A DNA stretch of 30,574 bases from an uncultured virus (IMG/VR IMGVR_UViG_3300005002_000002) (taxonomy: Duplodnaviria; Heunggongvirae; Uroviricota; Caudoviricetes), in the IMG/VR virus record IMGVR_UViG_3300005002_000002, one strand, 5' to 3'. The number at the start of each line of letters is the position of its first letter. Within the stretch, counting starts at the first letter, position 1. Below, piece after piece: positions 26,318 through 30,574 of the stretch. The translations under genes and the position numbers were made by a program. Below the pieces are notes generated by a model. The model was not told the origin of the DNA. It searched no databases and saw nothing but the letters and a program-made list of their open reading frames with translations.

Positions 26318-27770
26318 GGTCTTCCTCCTTCGGGACGACGACGGAGGCGAAGTCACGCAGCAATCCCTCGCTGGCCTCGATGGCGTACCGCCCCAGGACT
26401 TCGCGGAAGCCGGAGACGACGCCTTCCAGGGACTCGTTCCGGGTCAACGATTTTACCCCCAGCAGGACAAGCTCCGTGTCACACTTCTCGAATTCCAGCC
26501 ACCTCCCCTTCCACGTCCCGTCGTCCTGCTTCCGGAGGAGGCACGTCGGCCTGTCCTCCCGCGAGATCGCCATGACGAAGTCGTCGCCGTCCTTGTGCAG
26601 ATCCCACCGCTGCTCGCACTCCGCCGATCCCTCCGTGATCCTGCCGCCCGGACCCAGGACGATGGGCCGCTCGTCGAGGCCGATCCGCCGGTAGGTGTAG
26701 CGCTGGCCGACCAGTTCGCGGATCGCCCTCCGCTCCTCCCCCGTCGGGTTCGTGTTCCGCCAGAGGTGGCCGGGCCAGATTTCCCGAAGCTGTTCGACGA
26801 GGCGGAAGTGCAGATCCTCGTCGGTGAGGTTCACGCGGCGGTTCCCGCCCTTCAGCCGCCACTTGTCCTGCACGCGGTGGAGGAGGATCTGCCGCCCGTG
26901 GAAGTCGTGCTGCACGATGGTATGCTCCACCCAGCCTGGGGGAGTCGAAGGCATGGCGTACTCCGTGCCGAGCTTCCGCCACGACAGATGGAACGTCTCC
27001 TTGTCCCCGTAGACGTGCCTGAACACGAAGTCGCTGTGCGCGTTGTAGAACCACGCAAGCTGAAGCTCCCGCCAGCACTGCTCCTTGTTGACCATCCACT
27101 GCCCCGTCTCAAACGCAGGCTCACGTCGATCCGGGATGCCGAACACCTTCCAGACGCCGGGCTGCAACGTCCAGCAGTCGTAGTCCGGCCAGAAGACGGA
27201 ACCCGCCTTCTGGTACTCCGGAGTGTCGAACATGAACGCCGGGTCCACGTTGATCGGCGCGTTATCCGCGTCGATGAAGAACACCTCCCGGAACGGGCAG
27301 TGGATCGCAGCGAACGCCTTCAACTCCCAGCCGCAGAGGATGCGTGCCGGGTTGAGACGTTCGACCGCCTTGGCGTCAACGCACTCCACTCCGAACGGGC
27401 GGAGGAGCTTCGCGCAGTACGGGTCCATCTCCTCCGGCCCGAGGTGCCAGACCTGAACCGGGAGGTTGCACCCGACGCTGCGGAGCTTGTTCACCAGCAC
27501 CCAGAGGCACGGCATGTATCCGTGCGGCAGCCCCTTGTGCGGCAGAGGGTTCGCCCCCGCAGCGATGATGATGCCCCGCCCCTTGTACCCGCCCGGATAG
27601 GGCGGGATGTTGGCGATGAACTCGTCGGCCAGAATCCTGTGGGCTTCGTGCGTGACGTGCCACTTCGCCCAATCCCCCGGCCAGGGTCCGGGCGGTGCCC
27701 CACGAATCACCTCCACCATCTCTTGAGGTGTAAGGTTTTCCTTCGCCTCCGAACAGCTACGCTGTGCCAT
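26307..27770 (-). CDS. GT71/Mnn2-like putative mannosyltransferase with C-terminal extension
   Basis: GRGIIIAAG, LRSVGCNLPVQVWH, GWELKAFA..HCPFREVFFIDADN, SVFWPDY, FETGQWMVNK, YGDKETF are hallmarks of the Mannosyl_trans3 (GT71) family. Confidence 0.88.
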   Translation of the reverse strand: MAQRSCSEAKENLTPQEMVEVIRGAPPGPWPGDWAKWHVTHEAHRILADEFIANIPPYPGGYKGRGIIIAAGANPLPHKGLPHGYMPCLWVLVNKLRSVGCNLPVQVWHLGPEEMDPYCAKLLRPFGVECVDAKAVERLNPARILCGWELKAFAAIHCPFREVFFIDADNAPINVDPAFMFDTPEYQKAGSVFWPDYDCWTLQPGVWKVFGIPDRREPAFETGQWMVNKEQCWRELQLAWFYNAHSDFVFRHVYGDKETFHLSWRKLGTEYAMPSTPPGWVEHTIVQHDFHGRQILLHRVQDKWRLKGGNRRVNLTDEDLHFRLVEQLREIWPGHLWRNTNPTGEERRAIRELVGQRYTYRRIGLDERPIVLGPGGRITEGSAECEQRWDLHKDGDDFVMAISREDRPTCLLRKQDDGTWKGRWLEFEKCDTELVLLGVKSLTRNESLEGVVSGFREVLGRYAIEASEGLLRDFASVVVPKEEDHVA

Positions 27771-27802
27771 GATGCTACTCCGGTGCCTCGATGCTCCCGT
27801 CT

Positions 27803-27831
27803 ATGATAGCGTTGGATTTGCGGGCGCTCAA
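27803..27831 (-). promoter_or_regulatory. promoter TTGAGC-N17-TATCAT for the glycosylation cassette
   Basis: 17-nt spacing in the gap between the Cys-rich gene and the GT71 gene. Confidence 0.65.
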
Positions 27832-27853
27832 GTCGCAACTCTCACTCTGGGCG

Positions 27854-28267
27854 TTACCACTTGCCCTCCGGACACTTCTCCCCCTTCCACCGCGCCTTGA
27901 CGGAGACGAAGCACCCGCACATCGCACACCTCTTGTCGGAGTGGCGGAGCTTGTCGCAGGAGTCGCAGAGGGCGAGGCGTGCTTCCATCGTCTCCTGATC
28001 GACCTGGGGAAGGCCGTTGACCAGATGGGAGGCGACGGAGGAGAGGAAGCTGGCTATCTGGGTGCCCGTGGGGGGGAGGGGAAGCTCAGGACGCGGCTTG
28101 CAGGCGGGATGGCCCGGCCTGTCCGAACACGTCACGTTGGGGTACGGGCACTTCGTGCAGACGACGGACGGGGCCACCCCTCCGACGTGCTGGATGAACG
28201 GGGAGGAGCAAAGGAAGCCGTCACCGACGGCCTCCCCTCGCAGGCTGCAAACGGGTAGCGGGATCAT
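27854..28267 (-). CDS. small Cys-rich protein (DUF6171-like C-terminus)
   Basis: RLALCDSCDKL...RCAMCGCFVSVKARW...CPEGKW; ATGA overlap with the upstream gene. Confidence 0.8.
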   Translation of the reverse strand: MIPLPVCSLRGEAVGDGFLCSSPFIQHVGGVAPSVVCTKCPYPNVTCSDRPGHPACKPRPELPLPPTGTQIASFLSSVASHLVNGLPQVDQETMEARLALCDSCDKLRHSDKRCAMCGCFVSVKARWKGEKCPEGKW

Positions 28268-30423
28268 CCTGGGGTGACTCCCATAATGGCTGGCCAACCG
28301 TTGCAGATCGGCGTCGATGTACTCAGGGCGAAGTCACTCGTTCCGGTGCAGTTGAAGCTGTTGGAAGGACACGTCCACGAAGCGATGACGGTGGGAACCG
28401 TACCCGGCGGAGACGATCCCCACGCCTTCAACGTCCACAGGCCCGTGCTGTATTCAAGGGTGTACAGTGACGACGGCGTAGCTCCGCAGGCGTCCCCACT
28501 ACAGGTGTCGTTCCACACGCACGTCTCCCCGACGCGGAACAGCGTGTGCAGGCATCCGCTGATGGCGCTGGCGTTGTAGGCGATGCAGCCGGAACACAAC
28601 CCGTTGGTGATCGTCACGGGCGCTACCTGATACGCCGACAGGACGGAGGAGCAACCGCAGATGCTTCCGCCCCCTCCGCTCGGCGTGCTTCCGCTCCCCG
28701 ATCCGCTGCCGCTCCCCGATCCGCTGCCGCAGCACGAATCGACGGTCAGATAGACGATGACGGTGGCCGTCCCCCCAGGCAGCGGGACGTTGTAGAAAAT
28801 CACCGTCTGGCAATCGGGACTGCTGGCGTTGACGCAGCCGCCCTGGCTGACATCAGGAGTCGTGCATAGCTGGAAGGTGTTGCTGCCCGTCTGGTACAGG
28901 TACATCGTCACGCCTTCCCCGCCGTAGCTCTGCCTCCCGTACCACGTCAGCGAACCGACGGACGTGAGGCACCAGCAGGAATTCCCGCTGCCGCCACCCA
29001 GGCCGCTCCCCGCGATCCCCAGCACCTCCACCTTCTCCTCCTTCGCGGGAGGAGGAACGAACTGATCTTCCGGCGCGTGACCGCCCAGGCGGATCTCACC
29101 GATGGGCGGATCTACAACGTCACTCTGTAGCGTGATGCTCCCAGGCGGAAGGGCACTGCCTCCGCTCTGCCCGCTGCCGCTCGTCAAGACGACGCAGGCA
29201 CAGACGCGGGACTGGACGGTACACTGAGGCCCGGTGCTACTGCCGATGCTCCCGGAACGGGAGCCAACGCTGCCGCTCTGGCCGCTCTGTCCGCTGCCGC
29301 TGCCGCTCGATCCGCTCCCGCTCCCCCCACTCCCCACGGGTCCGGACGTTCGCGGCCCGGACGAAGGACCGGACGACGGCCCGGAGACTCGCGGCCCACT
29401 GCTCCCGCTCGATCCGCTGCCGCTGCTGCCGCTCCCGCTGCTGCCGCTCGATGAGGAGCCTGGGCGCGGGCCGGACGACGGACCAGACGACGGGCCGGAG
29501 ATCCGTGGGCCGCTGCTGCCGGACGATCCACTGCCGGACGATCCGCTGCCGGAGCTTCCACTGCTGCCGGACGATCCGCTGCCGGAGCTTTGACCGGAAG
29601 GGCCGGAGACGCGAGGGCCGGAGCTTCCGGAGGAGCCGGATTGCCCGGACGATCCACTGCCGGAGCTACCGCTGCTGCCGCTTCCTACGAGGCCGCTAGA
29701 GCCGCCGGAGCCGCTCAGAGGCCCGGAGCCTTGCCCAGAGCTTCCGGAGCCGCCGGAGGAGCCGCTAGGGCCGCTCCCGGAGCTTCCCGATTGACTGGAG
29801 CCGGACTGGCCGGAGCCGCCGGAGCTTCCCGACGGCCCGGAGCCGGACGGGCCGGAGCTTCCCCCGGAGCTTCCGCTGCTGCCGGAGACTTGCCCCGACG
29901 AGCCGGAGGTGCCGGAGCTTCCCGACGATCCGGAGGAGCCGGAGGATTGCCCCGACGATCCGGAGGAGCCGGAGGACTGCCCGGAGCTTCCCGACGAACC
30001 GGAGGGGCCGGAGGACGGCCCGGAGGAGGGGCCGCTGGAGCCGGAGGAGCCGCTGGAGCCGCTCCCCGACGATCCGCTGCCGTAGCTGCCGTAGTAGAAC
30101 GTCGTGCAGCAACCCGTCGAGTAGATCGGCCTGCCGTTCCGGTAGCCGACCAGACGGCAGACGTACTTGCCGACGATGAGGCCGGGGCCGCTCTGCCCGC
30201 TCCCGCTGCTGCTTCCCGTTTGCTCAGGACACCCATAGGCATAGATCGGCCTCCCGTTCGCGTAGCCGACGAGGAGAGAGTGACGCTTGACGTTCCTGCT
30301 GCCGCTCCCGCTCCCTCCCGATCCGGGCGCGTCGCCGCACGACGCGGCATAGATCGGCCTCCCGTTGGAGTAGCCGACCAGACGCATCTTGAGGTGACGA
30401 CCAAGAAGGTTCCCCGACGACAT
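28264..30423 (-). CDS. Ser/Gly-rich low-complexity protein with three N-terminal LVGYxNGRPIY repeats and Cys-rich C-terminal domains; putative virion fibre or decoration protein
   Basis: 719-aa ORF; about 290 consecutive residues almost only S/G/P/Q; Cys-rich tail. The virion role is inferred. Confidence 0.8.
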   Translation of the reverse strand: MSSGNLLGRHLKMRLVGYSNGRPIYAASCGDAPGSGGSGSGSRNVKRHSLLVGYANGRPIYAYGCPEQTGSSSGSGQSGPGLIVGKYVCRLVGYRNGRPIYSTGCCTTFYYGSYGSGSSGSGSSGSSGSSGPSSGPSSGPSGSSGSSGQSSGSSGSSGQSSGSSGSSGSSGTSGSSGQVSGSSGSSGGSSGPSGSGPSGSSGGSGQSGSSQSGSSGSGPSGSSGGSGSSGQGSGPLSGSGGSSGLVGSGSSGSSGSGSSGQSGSSGSSGPRVSGPSGQSSGSGSSGSSGSSGSGSSGSGSSGSSGPRISGPSSGPSSGPRPGSSSSGSSGSGSSGSGSSGSSGPRVSGPSSGPSSGPRTSGPVGSGGSGSGSSGSGSGQSGQSGSVGSRSGSIGSSTGPQCTVQSRVCACVVLTSGSGQSGGSALPPGSITLQSDVVDPPIGEIRLGGHAPEDQFVPPPAKEEKVEVLGIAGSGLGGGSGNSCWCLTSVGSLTWYGRQSYGGEGVTMYLYQTGSNTFQLCTTPDVSQGGCVNASSPDCQTVIFYNVPLPGGTATVIVYLTVDSCCGSGSGSGSGSGSGSTPSGGGGSICGCSSVLSAYQVAPVTITNGLCSGCIAYNASAISGCLHTLFRVGETCVWNDTCSGDACGATPSSLYTLEYSTGLWTLKAWGSSPPGTVPTVIASWTCPSNSFNCTGTSDFALSTSTPICNGWPAIMGVTPG

Positions 30424-30437
30424 CAGAGTGTAAGCCT

Positions 30438-30574
30438 TTACTCTTCGGGGCCGACGGTCGGGAAGGTCGGGTCATTCGCGTCGAGGACGTGGCAGAGCCG
30501 CCTCCGCTCCCACTGGCGTTCTTCGTTGTTCCAATCCGTGATGTAGCCGTCATAGAAGCCGTCGTCATTCTTCG
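30438..30574 (-). CDS. 3' end of an upstream gene (partial)
   Basis: Open frame ...KNDDGFYDGYITDWNNEERQWERRRLCHVLDANDPTFPTVGPEE ending in TAA at 30438-30440. Confidence 0.65.
   Translation of the reverse strand, partial: KNDDGFYDGYITDWNNEERQWERRRLCHVLDANDPTFPTVGPEE

Larger units (their letters stand above)
871..30442. repeat. dispersed 16-bp pseudo-palindromic box, approximate consensus RGTGWAAGGTTTNACN (~19 copies)
   Basis: Copies start at 871, 3031, 4872, 7124, 8133, 9295, 10991, 12322, 14865, 15936, 17869, 18599, 20121, 21889, 24446, 26442, 27727, 30427; weaker ones at 13555 and 21017. Confidence 0.85.

Noticed and set aside
29230..30100. Tandem GC-rich repeats that might be a CRISPR array or satellite
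   Set aside because: No constant repeat with unique spacers; fully explained by Ser/Gly codons in the 719-aa ORF.

Overview
High-GC, gene-dense segment of what looks like a large tailed-phage (or prophage) genome. Essentially all credible genes are on the minus strand, with frequent ATGA/TGATG stop-start overlaps. The SSB sequence and a signal-peptide-plus-'APIPLPK' protein hint at a Planctomycetota host (inference). Read in the direction of transcription (right to left), the window holds: (i) a 719-aa Ser/Gly-rich, Cys-rich protein and a small Cys-rich protein, followed by a promoter-led glycosylation cassette (GT71/Mnn-like mannosyltransferase, FkbM methyltransferase, two GT2s, a class I methyltransferase, RmlB-like dehydratase); (ii) many small accessory genes (P-loop kinase, DUF1653-like, two HNH nucleases, cupin, dCTP deaminase, DUF4031-like, DUF6011-like, a MutS-domain-I-like protein); (iii) class II ribonucleotide reductase, SSB and an XRE regulator. 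Non-coding structure is unusually rich. There are about ten sigma70-like promoters, a ~580-nt promoter-led structured RNA candidate, a tRNA-like RNA with an abnormal extended anticodon arm, and two motif families spread across the whole window, inside and between genes: a 16-bp pseudo-palindrome (~19 copies) and a CCCGTGGGGG-purine element (~15 copies). All family assignments come from motif recognition by eye; no database searches were run.
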